A stretch of DNA of 64,000 nt from an uncultured bacterium (GTDB lineage Bacteria > Chlamydiota > Chlamydiia > Chlamydiales > VFKH01), in the NCBI GenBank assembly GCA_964630595.1, contig CAZVVT010000001.1:326354-390353 (forward strand), in the 5' to 3' direction. Shown here piece by piece: positions 8,946 to 17,804 of the stretch. The position numbers and the translations under genes are program-made. The notes beneath the pieces are model-generated. The model saw nothing but the letters and a program-made list of their open reading frames with translations. It made no database searches and was not told the DNA's origin. Numbering within the stretch: position 1 is the first letter of the stretch; each line of letters starts with the position of its first letter.

Positions 8946-10036
8946 CCACAACCACCGCAGCAACCACCCACGGCTGCGTCACCCGCCCCATCATCACCAC
9001 CATCATTGACATCTTCACCGGCGGCAGCGCCTCCTCTTGGCGAGAAAACACTGACGGAAGAAGCCCCTTTTGGCAAAGGCACAACAACAACGCGCGGAGC
9101 CGCTGGAGCCTTCGCTTCCAGATCAAGAGCTAGATCCCTAAACCCATTTGCGCGCGCTGCGGATGCCGCTAAATCGTAGCGGCAACGCTCGTCTAAATAG
9201 TCATCCCGAATGAGCAAGCTCACCATATCCTCGCGACCCACTGCTGCTGCCGCATGCAAAATCTTCGCAAAAGACTGGTTCTCTGGCGTATCTCTTTCTC
9301 CTTTGAGTGCCTCCACAATAGCAATGGCTTTCCACCATTGCATATCGGTGGCCGAACGATACTGAATGACTCCGGCGGCATCTGTCTCGGTTCGTGTCAG
9401 CTGAACCGCTGCAGCCTTGAGCTTATCAACTCCAATAAGCCCCAGCCCAAAGGTCATCAAAGAAGCTCGGATGTAGGTTACTTGACCTTCAGGAGTATCA
9501 AGTCCTTCGAATCCTATGTGACTACCACCCTGACCTAGCGCTGCTGTGAAATTCAATCCTCTGTTCTCCAAAAACTTTTTTTTATCCGCCTCACTCATTT
9601 TTCCAAACGCCTCAGCTCGACGTGTCACACGATCCTCTACCTTCGCTATGTGGCTCGCTACATCCGCATCACTGACCGGTGGTGATAACTGACGTGCCAT
9701 GGCTTGATAAACACTGAGCTCTGAAATAATCGCCGGCGGTAGTCTAAGAGCAACTGCTTGACGAGCAAGGGCCACGCGCGACTCCATCCAACGATCGCGC
9801 AGATCGCGCACGCTGGACATTGCGAGCCCAAAGGTGAAGAGCGCGGCGAAAAAGCCCAGGGCCACAAGACACGTCTTTTGCAGTCCCGAAAGAGAGACAC
9901 TTTCTCGAACTGGCGGCGTTCCACGAGAGGCCTCTACCGTCCAGGTAAAACCAAAAGCGGATGAAGAGGAAGGCTTAGCCTTAAAACACAAGGCATGAGT
10001 ACTGGTGATTGGGGAAACGGGGGCGGCTGCTGACAT
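8942..10036 (-). CDS. Orphan putative effector with hydrophobic segment, ankyrin-like repeat(s) and Cys-rich tail
   Basis: MSAAAPVSPITST start; CLVALGFFAALFTFGLAM; ILHAAAAVGREDMVSLLI; ends GGCCGGCG. Confidence 0.6.
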   Translation of the reverse strand: MSAAAPVSPITSTHALCFKAKPSSSSAFGFTWTVEASRGTPPVRESVSLSGLQKTCLVALGFFAALFTFGLAMSSVRDLRDRWMESRVALARQAVALRLPPAIISELSVYQAMARQLSPPVSDADVASHIAKVEDRVTRRAEAFGKMSEADKKKFLENRGLNFTAALGQGGSHIGFEGLDTPEGQVTYIRASLMTFGLGLIGVDKLKAAAVQLTRTETDAAGVIQYRSATDMQWWKAIAIVEALKGERDTPENQSFAKILHAAAAVGREDMVSLLIRDDYLDERCRYDLAASAARANGFRDLALDLEAKAPAAPRVVVVPLPKGASSVSVFSPRGGAAAGEDVNDGGDDGAGDAAVGGCCGGCG

Positions 10037-10071
10037 GTCATCGTTCTTACGTCTCGATTGTAAATTCTATA

Positions 10072-11211
10072 TTAAGACGCGGGAGGAATCGTGAGCGTCT
10101 GCCCTTTTCTGATCACATCGCTCTTCAAATTGTTCGCTTTCATCAAAGCCGATGAACTGACTTTGTAGCGCTTTGCGATGGTCCATAGCGATTCTCCATC
10201 GCTGACAATGTGCATTCTTGGCGCAGCCACCGGCTTAGCTGCGGTTTTTTTGGGGACAGCAGTGCGCGTGAGCTTCAACTTCTCTTGCAGATCCTCTTTC
10301 GAGACAAAATGCTTGAGCGTGGCGACGTAGTCAAACTGGGCAGGAGGGCTTTCTCCGCGCGCTTCGTAGAGACGGAAGGCAGCTGCTTGCCAGACGCGCT
10401 TCGAACGCGGCGAGAGGAGCAGCTCTTTGGCAAACTCTTGTGTTTTAGCGTTCTTTGCTTTGAGCTTTTTGAGCAGCTCGATGACCTTCGTGTCATCCAA
10501 ACGCTTAATAGATGCCTTTGGCAGGCACGTGACCACCACTTCCGCGGCTGCTGGAGTGGATTGACTGAGCAGCCACTCCTCTAAGTTGCGGTGGTCGGTG
10601 GCGAGTGCGTCGACATCGCTCCAAGGCAGCGCAGCCAGCAAGTCGAGCGTCGAGCTGCGCGAAACAAAGAGGTGCTGCGTCTGCAGCTTGGCTTCGATCG
10701 CCAAGTACTGCGGCGTCATTACAAAAGCATCTTGCGACTGAGGCAGCTCCTTGTGCAATCCGCGCGCCGTAAATGGCCAGCTCTCTGTTGCAGCAAAGTC
10801 AATCAGACGCTGGAACTGCTCATCGCCGAGACCGGAAAAGAGAATGCATTCATCTGAGCCGGAGATCAACTTGCGCGGCTGCAGGCTGATGCCAAAAAGC
10901 GCGCGGTGGATGTCAAAATCATGCGCAGCGACCAAGCTGGCGAGTGCAAAGTCTCTTTTTGCATAGCCATCTTCGACCGGCGTTTTGTCTTGAAGTAGCA
11001 AAACGAGCTGCTGGAAGGGAATGTGCGCTAGCTCGCCGATCAGCTGCGTTTTGGTGTGCCCCGAGGCGGTTTTACTCGAGTCGGGCATGTCGTGGCGGTG
11101 CAGGAAGGGCTCGGGAGTCTTGGTCCAGACCGTGAAGAGCCCGAAGGCGAGCACGATGTTGAGGCTGCCGGAGAGAACCAGACCTACGGTAAGTTTTTTG
11201 AGCGGATCCAT
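10072..11211 (-). CDS. LysM-domain protein with N-terminal TM anchor (chlamydial type, divergent from pheT)
   Basis: Start at ATG 11211 (MDPLKKLTVGLVLSGSLNIVL); C-terminal LysM HIVSDGESLWTIAKRYKVSSSALMKANNLKSDVIRKGQTLTIP. Confidence 0.88.
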   Translation of the reverse strand: MDPLKKLTVGLVLSGSLNIVLAFGLFTVWTKTPEPFLHRHDMPDSSKTASGHTKTQLIGELAHIPFQQLVLLLQDKTPVEDGYAKRDFALASLVAAHDFDIHRALFGISLQPRKLISGSDECILFSGLGDEQFQRLIDFAATESWPFTARGLHKELPQSQDAFVMTPQYLAIEAKLQTQHLFVSRSSTLDLLAALPWSDVDALATDHRNLEEWLLSQSTPAAAEVVVTCLPKASIKRLDDTKVIELLKKLKAKNAKTQEFAKELLLSPRSKRVWQAAAFRLYEARGESPPAQFDYVATLKHFVSKEDLQEKLKLTRTAVPKKTAAKPVAAPRMHIVSDGESLWTIAKRYKVSSSALMKANNLKSDVIRKGQTLTIPPAS

Positions 11212-11257
11212 GCCGCCGCCATTGTAGGGTTTTTTCCAAGAGGATACAATGGCTGAC

Positions 11258-13153
11258 ATGCAAGTCCCTCTAGCGCTGCTGAAACAATGGCTGCCCCTTT
11301 CCGAATCGCCCCAACAAATTGCAGAGGCTCTAACGAGTCTCGGCCTCGAAGTCGATGCCATTGACAACGACATCCTCTCCGTCTCTTTAACGCCCAATTT
11401 AAGCCACTGCTTCAGCATCAGAGGCATCGCGCATGAGCTGTCCGCTTACTACAACCGCCCTCTCACTTCTGTCCCGATTCCCGAAGTCCCATCTCAATTC
11501 ACTTCCCCCATCCAAGTCACCGTGGAAGCCGGCTGCACACGCTACATGGCAATGGTCATCGAGGGCGTCAAAGTCGGCCCCTCTCCACAATGGCTAGAAA
11601 AGGCCGTGGTTGATTTGGGATATCGCTCCATCAACAACGTCGTGGACGCCGCCAACTATACGATGGCCATGCTCGGCCAACCGCTCCACACCTTCGACAA
11701 GCCCTCCTCGATTCAAGTGCGCCTGGCGAAAAAGGGTGAACGCTTTCAAGAGAGCGTTCTCGACGAAGAGATGATTGTGGTGGCCGATGGCGCGCCCATT
11801 GCGATTGCGGGAATCAAAGGAGCGCCGGTCACCGAAACGACGACAACGATTCTGCTGGAGTCGGCCCACTTCGATCCGCGCCTGGTGCGCAGGGCCTCGA
11901 AGAAGCTGCGCCTGTCAACAGAGTCCTCCAAACGTTTTGAGCGCGGCCACGACCCCCACCTCTGCCCGCAAGGCCTGCACTATGCCGCTGCTCTGATCGG
12001 CGGCCGTGCTAGCCAGGTCATCGACATTCACCAAACTCTGCCGCAAGCGAGGACACTCACACTACGCCCTGAGCGGGTGTGCAGCTTGATCGGTGTTGCT
12101 CTCTCCATTAACGAAATCGAAACGCTACTCACACGCCTCGGCTTTGGCATCACGAAAGAGAGCGAGAAGCTGCTGCACGTGCTTGTGCCCACATGGCGCC
12201 TCGATGTGACGGCAGAAATCGATCTCGTAGAGGAGGTTGCACGCCTTTATGGCCTGCACAACTTGCCGCAGACACAAGAGCGTTTTCGCTTGAGCTCTCT
12301 GCCCACCGCTCCGCTCTTCGAACTCAAGCAGCTGGTGCAAACGCGCGCGCTGCGCTTGGGGCTACAAGAGCTGCTCACCTCGGACCTAATCGCTCCACCC
12401 GACGAGGGCATTGCTGTGCTGAATGCCAGCTGCGTTGAGCAATCTGTTTTGCGCTCCACTCTTTTAACTGGATTGCTAGAGACCCTCAAGCACAATGTCG
12501 ATCATAGGCTCTTTACGCTGCACGGCTTTGAAATCGGCCACACCCATGCGGTAATCGATGGCCAGTTTGTGGAAGAGGCAAAGATCGGGATCCTTCTTTC
12601 CGGTCAGCGCCTGCCCGCCCATTGGTCGGTAAAAAATGGAGAGCTCGACTTCTTCGACATGAAAGGGCTCGTGGAAGAGCTCTTGGTCGACTTTGCCCCC
12701 GTAGAGTGGAAGCCTTGCCACTTAGCCCCGCTACATCCCCACCAACAGGTGCGCAGCACGTTGGGTGTTTTTGGTCAGGTGCACCCCAGCCTTACGCCGC
12801 AGCCCGCCTTTTTCGCCGAGATCAGCCTTCATGCGCTGCTCAACGCGCCAAGAGCGTCGCTGCAGTACCAGCGCTTCTCCCCCTTCCCGGCCATTGAGCG
12901 CGATTTCACCGTCACGGTCGCTGAATCGACCCCTTTCGAAGCACTCCTTGCCGAGGCCGCCGATCCGCTACTCGAAAAAGTACTCTTGCAGGACATTTAC
13001 CGAAGCGATAGCTTGGGACATGGCCTGAAGAACATGACCCTCCGACTGATCTTCCGCTCGAAAGCGCATACGCTGAAGGCAGAAGAGGCGGAGAAACCCT
13101 TTCAAGCCATCTGTCAACGTATTGGTACGCGCTATGCTGTTCAAAAAAACTAG
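11258..13153 (+). CDS. pheT: Phenylalanyl-tRNA synthetase beta subunit, lacking the B2 OB domain
   Basis: LTSLGLEV, LTPN, SINNVVDAANY, GQPLHTFD, LLESAHF, SSKRFERG, DLVEEVARLYG, FPAIERD; start 11258 or 11249. Confidence 0.93.
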   Translation: MQVPLALLKQWLPLSESPQQIAEALTSLGLEVDAIDNDILSVSLTPNLSHCFSIRGIAHELSAYYNRPLTSVPIPEVPSQFTSPIQVTVEAGCTRYMAMVIEGVKVGPSPQWLEKAVVDLGYRSINNVVDAANYTMAMLGQPLHTFDKPSSIQVRLAKKGERFQESVLDEEMIVVADGAPIAIAGIKGAPVTETTTTILLESAHFDPRLVRRASKKLRLSTESSKRFERGHDPHLCPQGLHYAAALIGGRASQVIDIHQTLPQARTLTLRPERVCSLIGVALSINEIETLLTRLGFGITKESEKLLHVLVPTWRLDVTAEIDLVEEVARLYGLHNLPQTQERFRLSSLPTAPLFELKQLVQTRALRLGLQELLTSDLIAPPDEGIAVLNASCVEQSVLRSTLLTGLLETLKHNVDHRLFTLHGFEIGHTHAVIDGQFVEEAKIGILLSGQRLPAHWSVKNGELDFFDMKGLVEELLVDFAPVEWKPCHLAPLHPHQQVRSTLGVFGQVHPSLTPQPAFFAEISLHALLNAPRASLQYQRFSPFPAIERDFTVTVAESTPFEALLAEAADPLLEKVLLQDIYRSDSLGHGLKNMTLRLIFRSKAHTLKAEEAEKPFQAICQRIGTRYAVQKN

Positions 13154-14069
13154 TCTCTCTCTCCTCCTCTTAGGCGCCAGCCTCTTTGCTGCTCCCGAAG
13201 TGGTCCACCAAACCTACATCGCCAAGTACTTGGGCGCCGTCAGCCAAAGCGACTGGGAAGATCGCGGCGGTCATGGAGAAATCGTCACCGTCTACACCGA
13301 TGGCTCTACCCATACCGACGCCTACTTAGAGGGCAAACGCCATGGCAAAAGCGTGGCCACCTTCCCCCATAGCGATAAAGTCGCTAAAGCCGCCTTCTTC
13401 GAAGAGGGCCGGCTGATAAAAGAGGTCGACTACTTCGTCGGCGGAGGCGTTCGCCAAGAAACGGAGTACTCCAAGGATGGCAAGACGGTCTCCGTCTTCC
13501 GCGAAGCAGGCGGTCTGCAGTCCAGCGAAACTTTCCACGGCCCCAAGATTGTGCAGGGCTCCTACTTCGATGAACAAGGACGCGAGGTGTCCAAGGTCAT
13601 CGCCAACTTTGGCGAACGCTCCTTCCTCGGTGATGGAGGCAAACTCCTCGCCCAAGAGCGCGTGGAAAATGGCGAACGCGTCATGCGCACCCAGTTTCAT
13701 GATAACGGCTTCATCCAGTGCCGCGTCGGCCTGCGAGGTAACCTGCCCAGCGGCAATGTCGAGTACTACGCCAAAGACGGCTCTCCGCAACGCATGGAAC
13801 AGTGGCAAGCAGGTGTGCGCAACGGCACAACTACGCTCTACCAAGACGGCCTGAAGATCCGCGAAGTGACCTACAAAGCGGGTAAGAAAGAGGGCCTCGA
13901 GCGCATCTTCAAAAGCGGTGACCACCTCTCCGAGGAAATCTCCTGGAAAAATGACAAACGCCATGGCGCCACCGTCCTTTGGGTGGAAGGCCAACCTCAT
14001 ACCACTTGGTATTACGAGGGGAAAAAAGTAAACAAAATCACCTTTGACTTCTTGAGCCTCTCCAAATGA
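13134..14069 (+). CDS. Secreted MORN-variant repeat protein (YwqK-like)
   Basis: Signal peptide MLFKKTSLSLLLLGASLFA; repeats such as YLEGKRHG, WQAGVRNG, YKAGKKEG, WKNDKRHG; follows pheT as in chlamydiae. Confidence 0.8.
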   Translation: MLFKKTSLSLLLLGASLFAAPEVVHQTYIAKYLGAVSQSDWEDRGGHGEIVTVYTDGSTHTDAYLEGKRHGKSVATFPHSDKVAKAAFFEEGRLIKEVDYFVGGGVRQETEYSKDGKTVSVFREAGGLQSSETFHGPKIVQGSYFDEQGREVSKVIANFGERSFLGDGGKLLAQERVENGERVMRTQFHDNGFIQCRVGLRGNLPSGNVEYYAKDGSPQRMEQWQAGVRNGTTTLYQDGLKIREVTYKAGKKEGLERIFKSGDHLSEEISWKNDKRHGATVLWVEGQPHTTWYYEGKKVNKITFDFLSLSK

Positions 14070-14335
14070 AAGAGTTCGTCGCCTACATCGTTAAAAATCT
14101 CGTGGACTTTCCCGATCAGGTGCGCGTCAGCGAACTGGCCGGCGCCAACAGTACCATCTTGGAAATCTCCGTAGCCAAACCCGACATCGGTAAGGTCATC
14201 GGTCGCCAAGGCAAGACCATCTCCTCGCTGCGTACCCTCTCTGCCGCTGTCGCCAGCCGCATGGGCGTGCGCATCAGCATTGAGATCCTTGAAGACAAGG
14301 AAGAAGCTGTCGTCGAAGCCGAAATCCAAATGTAA
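14066..14335 (+). CDS. KH-domain RNA-binding protein, KhpA-like, paralog 1
   Basis: MKEFVAYIVKNLVD, DIGKVIGRQGKTI (GxxG loop). Confidence 0.9.
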   Translation: MKEFVAYIVKNLVDFPDQVRVSELAGANSTILEISVAKPDIGKVIGRQGKTISSLRTLSAAVASRMGVRISIEILEDKEEAVVEAEIQM

Positions 14336-14472
14336 AACCGGTTTTACATTGTCGATAACTCATGTTCCACGGCACTTAAGCTCCTGATAACCAGTCACTT
14401 ATCAAGAAAACCGTCCGTGGAACAATGAACTAATTATCCATTACGTGGCTGTGTAATGGTGATTAGTTTCAT
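14329..14472. repeat. Cluster of three adjacent inverted-repeat elements
   Basis: Perfect 22-bp palindrome 14329-14350; TGTTCCACGG/CCGTGGAACA 14363-14424 enclosing TGATAA-N8-TTATCA; imperfect IR 14425-14472. Confidence 0.8.
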
Positions 14473-14493
14473 TAAATGAGATGAAAAGGGAAT

Positions 14494-14567
14494 TGGACTG
14501 AGCAGGACTCGAACCTGCGACCACCCACTTAGAAGGCGGGTGCTCTATCCAGCTGAGCTATCAGTCC
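14494..14567 (-). tRNA. tRNA-Arg (anticodon TCT)
   Basis: Minus strand GGACTGATAGCTCAGCTGGATAGAGCA-CCCGC-CTTCTAA-GTGGG-TGGTCGCAGGTTCGAGTCCTGCTCAGTCCA; paired acceptor stem and T-loop. Confidence 0.96.
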
Positions 14568-14614
14568 GGGAAATGCACGCGGAATTTTAGCCGTTATCTT
14601 TATTTCAAACCATC

Positions 14615-14623
14615 TGTTATTCT
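14615..14623 (+). promoter_or_regulatory. Extended -10 element (TGnTATTCT) of kdsA operon, 6 nt before the GTG start
   Basis: TGTTATTCT-gcccct-GTG; no SD. Confidence 0.55.
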
Positions 14624-14629
14624 GCCCCT

Positions 14630-15445
14630 GTGCATACAATTACCGTTGGCTCTGTTCGGATTGGCAAGAAACTGCCTTTAGTGGTCATTTGTGGACCGTG
14701 TGTCATTGAAAGTGAGGAGCATACGCTTTTGTGCGCCCGCGAGTTGCAGGCTATTTTCAAAGCGGCCGGCATTCCCCTGATCTTCAAAGCCAGTTACGAC
14801 AAAGCTAACCGCTCTAGCGGCAGCTCTTTCCGCGGTCCGGGAATGAAAGAGGGCCTGCGCATTTTGGCCCAAGTAAAGAAAGAGTTAGGGCTTCCTGTCT
14901 TGACCGACATCCATTCTCCTGAAGAGGCGGCGGAAGCGGGCCGAGTTGTCGATATGGTGCAGATCCCCGCCTTCTTGTGCCGTCAGACGGATTTGATTTT
15001 AGCGGCGGGAGAGTGCGGAGCTGCGGTGAACGTCAAGAAGGGGCAGTTTCTGGCTCCTTGGGACATGAAGAACGTTGTGGAGAAGCTGGAATCGAAGGGC
15101 AAGAAGGATATCTTATTGACCGACCGCGGGACCTGCTTTGGCTACAACAATTTGGTGAGCGACTTTCGCTCCATTCCCATCATGCAAGATTTGGGCTATC
15201 CCGCCTGCTTTGACGCCACGCACTCTGTGCAGCTGCCCGGCGGCTTAGGCCATGCCAGCGGAGGGCAGCGCGAGTTTATTCCCGTCTTAGCCAAAGCTGC
15301 GGTTGCCGTCGGCGCAAACGCTCTCTTCATGGAAGCCCATCCCGAACCGGCCAGAGCGAAAAGCGATGCGGCCTCGGTGCTCGATTTCAAAGAACTTCCC
15401 TCACTCCTTCATCTGGTGAAAAAGCTGCATGAAGTGGTTATTTAG
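14630..15445 (+). CDS. kdsA: KDO-8-phosphate synthase
   Basis: GPCVIES, FKASYDKANRSS, QIPAFLCRQTDL, VKKGQF, DATHSVQLPG. Confidence 0.96.
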   Translation: MHTITVGSVRIGKKLPLVVICGPCVIESEEHTLLCARELQAIFKAAGIPLIFKASYDKANRSSGSSFRGPGMKEGLRILAQVKKELGLPVLTDIHSPEEAAEAGRVVDMVQIPAFLCRQTDLILAAGECGAAVNVKKGQFLAPWDMKNVVEKLESKGKKDILLTDRGTCFGYNNLVSDFRSIPIMQDLGYPACFDATHSVQLPGGLGHASGGQREFIPVLAKAAVAVGANALFMEAHPEPARAKSDAASVLDFKELPSLLHLVKKLHEVVI

Positions 15446-15896
15446 TCTCCTCGTACTTGCCCTCATTGCCGAAGTGGCCTTCTTTCTGCGGCTCGGTGTT
15501 GCTGCACCGGAAGAGAGCGCTGCGCAGGCGAGTTGGACACAATCGAAGAAGGGCGTTGAGCTTGCCTATTGGTTTCCTAAAAGAAGCTATCGCGCTACTT
15601 TGCGTGTGCAGTATCCCAGCTCGGAGCTTACCCGCGTGGACGACTCTATGGTGGAGGTTGTACAAGAGCCGCACTTTGCTCTACAAGACAGCCCCGAGCG
15701 ATTAACGCTTTTAGATGCAGCAAAGGGGCAGTTCAACTGGCGCACGAGTTTGCTGGCGATTCAGCAGGTACACGTAGAACGCTTCGTGGAGGGTAAAAAA
15801 ATCGTTGATGCGAACGCGCGCGAAGTAGAGATTACCCTGAAGGGCGAACAGCCTGAAGTAACGGCCTTTGGCCTTACCGCGAGGAAGTTGTCGTGA
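15429..15896 (+). CDS. Membrane-anchored periplasmic protein, probable divergent LptC-like
   Basis: N-terminal TM, beta-rich remainder, between kdsA and lptB. Confidence 0.5.
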   Translation: MKWLFSLLVLALIAEVAFFLRLGVAAPEESAAQASWTQSKKGVELAYWFPKRSYRATLRVQYPSSELTRVDDSMVEVVQEPHFALQDSPERLTLLDAAKGQFNWRTSLLAIQQVHVERFVEGKKIVDANAREVEITLKGEQPEVTAFGLTARKLS

Positions 15897-17116
15897 TTCT
15901 CATCTTGGCTGCGGCACAAGCACTTTTGCAAAGCCACCCCTTCTTGGTGAAAGCGGATGAGGCAAAGCACGCTAAGGGCGAAATCCACTTTGCCGGACAC
16001 GTGCTGGTAGAGTCGCAAGACTTTACAGCGCAGGCGGAAAAAGCCCACTGCGCAGAGGCAGAAAAGACGCCGCTCACACTCGAGGGCAAAGTCCATCTTA
16101 CCTTTACGAAGGAGGGGCAGCTGCACTGCGATCGCGCACTCTTTAATCCCGACGCCAGCTGCTGCCAATTCACCAGCTCAGGACCTGAAGGCCGGATCCA
16201 TTTCGAGGATGCCGATCACAAACTCATGGTCGAGTCGCGCGCAGGCACTCTTCTGCTCGATCAGGGCAAGAAGGTCTTTGCCATCGAAGCCATCGACCGC
16301 GTGCACGCAGAGACCAGCCACTTCAGCATCGATGCCGACCAAGCGCTCTTTGATGCCAAAGGGCAGATCGCTATCTTCCGCCAAGTAGAATCCCCCTGCA
16401 TCATCCACTTTGGCGAGGACGCTCATGCTTTTTGCACAGAGGCCACCTTCTACGTGCAAGAGCGGCGCGCTGTGTTGGTGATGCCCACTGGAGAGGTGCG
16501 CGTTAAGGAGAAGCTGCCCATGCAGTTCAGTGCAGAGCGCATGGAGTTCGATGACGCCTCGGCACAGCTGAGACTTACGTCCAACGTACTCATCGTCACG
16601 CAGCTTGAGCAGGGCCCAGCGCAGATCTCCTCTGTGGAGAGCTGTTTTGTCGACATCCGCAAAAGCCGCGTCTTCCTCACACCGCCCACCGATGGCCGCT
16701 TGCTACTGACGGCCGCTTTCGGCCACGTACGCGCCCTCAACGCGGAGCTGCTCTTCGAACCCGGTGACCACGAATTTCTTCTCACGAACATGACCCTCGC
16801 CGGTAACGTCGAGATCTGCAACACCTGTTCCTTCAAAGATCCGGAGCTGACGGTCAACCGCTATGCCATTGCCGATCGAGTAGAGCTGGACTGCTTGGGC
16901 AAAGAGGTGGCCCTTTCTGCCGAGCGCGGCAAACGGGTGCTCTATCTCGACGAAGACAAGAAGGTGCAGGTGAGCGCTGAGGCGATCTCCGTTTCGTATG
17001 CAGATGGGCAAGAAGAGATTGCCGGCAAGGGAGCTGTGCGCATGCTCTTTAACGAAGGTGAGCTCAAGATGTTGACTGACCGCTTCCCCAAGATGAATCG
17101 TGATTCTGGAAGCTAA
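15893..17116 (+). CDS. LptA/OstA-like beta-jellyroll protein
   Basis: Repeated motifs such as IHFAGHVLV, LTLEGKVHL, LRLTSNVLI, MTLAGNVEI; upstream of lptB. Confidence 0.6.
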   Translation: MILILAAAQALLQSHPFLVKADEAKHAKGEIHFAGHVLVESQDFTAQAEKAHCAEAEKTPLTLEGKVHLTFTKEGQLHCDRALFNPDASCCQFTSSGPEGRIHFEDADHKLMVESRAGTLLLDQGKKVFAIEAIDRVHAETSHFSIDADQALFDAKGQIAIFRQVESPCIIHFGEDAHAFCTEATFYVQERRAVLVMPTGEVRVKEKLPMQFSAERMEFDDASAQLRLTSNVLIVTQLEQGPAQISSVESCFVDIRKSRVFLTPPTDGRLLLTAAFGHVRALNAELLFEPGDHEFLLTNMTLAGNVEICNTCSFKDPELTVNRYAIADRVELDCLGKEVALSAERGKRVLYLDEDKKVQVSAEAISVSYADGQEEIAGKGAVRMLFNEGELKMLTDRFPKMNRDSGS

Positions 17117-17804
17117 GGGCCTGACAAAAACCTACGGCGGCCGTAAGGTCGTCTCCGGTCTCTCCTTCTCCGTCTCTCCCGCAGAGGTCGTGGGTCTGCT
17201 TGGGCCCAATGGCGCAGGCAAGACAACAGCCTTCTACATGGCCATGGGCATCATCACCCCCGATCAGGGACAGGTGCTCTTTCAGGACAGGGATGTAACA
17301 CATCTACCCATCTGGCAGCGCGCGCGACTTGGTTTGGGCTACCTCGCCCAAGAGCCCTCTATCTTCGGCCACCTTACTGTCGCAGAAAACCTCCTGCTCA
17401 TCCTCGAGCAGCAGAAAGAGGAGCACCGCCTCGACGAACTGCTCGCTGAGCTGCATCTTACTCCGCTTGCCGATAAGAGGGCGGGATCGCTTTCTGGCGG
17501 AGAGCGGCGCCGCCTTGAAATCACGCGCGCGCTCATCAATCAACCCTCCTGCCTACTCCTCGACGAACCTTTTGCCAACATCGATCCCCTCTCCATCCAC
17601 GAAGTGCAAGAGCTGATCCGCCACCTCAAAGCCAAAGGCATTAGCGTCCTCATCACTGATCATAATGCTCGCGAAATCCTTCGCCTTGCCGATCGCTGCT
17701 ACCTGATCTGCGACGGCCAGCTCATCCTCTCCGGCACCAGCGACGAACTGCTCGCCTCCCCCACCGCACGCACCCACTACCTGGGCGAGAATTTTACTCT
17801 TTAG
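17100..17804 (+). CDS. lptB: LPS export ABC ATPase
   Basis: GPNGAGKTT, GYLAQEPSIF, LSGGERRRLEI, LLDEPFA, LITDHN. Confidence 0.95.
   Translation: MILEAKGLTKTYGGRKVVSGLSFSVSPAEVVGLLGPNGAGKTTAFYMAMGIITPDQGQVLFQDRDVTHLPIWQRARLGLGYLAQEPSIFGHLTVAENLLLILEQQKEEHRLDELLAELHLTPLADKRAGSLSGGERRRLEITRALINQPSCLLLDEPFANIDPLSIHEVQELIRHLKAKGISVLITDHNAREILRLADRCYLICDGQLILSGTSDELLASPTARTHYLGENFTL

Noticed and set aside
8945-8956. CaaX prenylation box
   Set aside because: Last four residues are GGCG, so Cys is not at -4; only non-canonical lipidation remains possible.
13134-14335. YwqK-like gene plus small gene as a toxin-antitoxin pair
   Set aside because: The first has a signal peptide and MORN-type repeats, the second is a KH protein; no toxin is evident.
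14351-14445. Replication origin
   Set aside because: Only mismatched DnaA-box-like 9-mers, no clear unwinding element and no dnaA; kept only as part of the symmetric-module finding.
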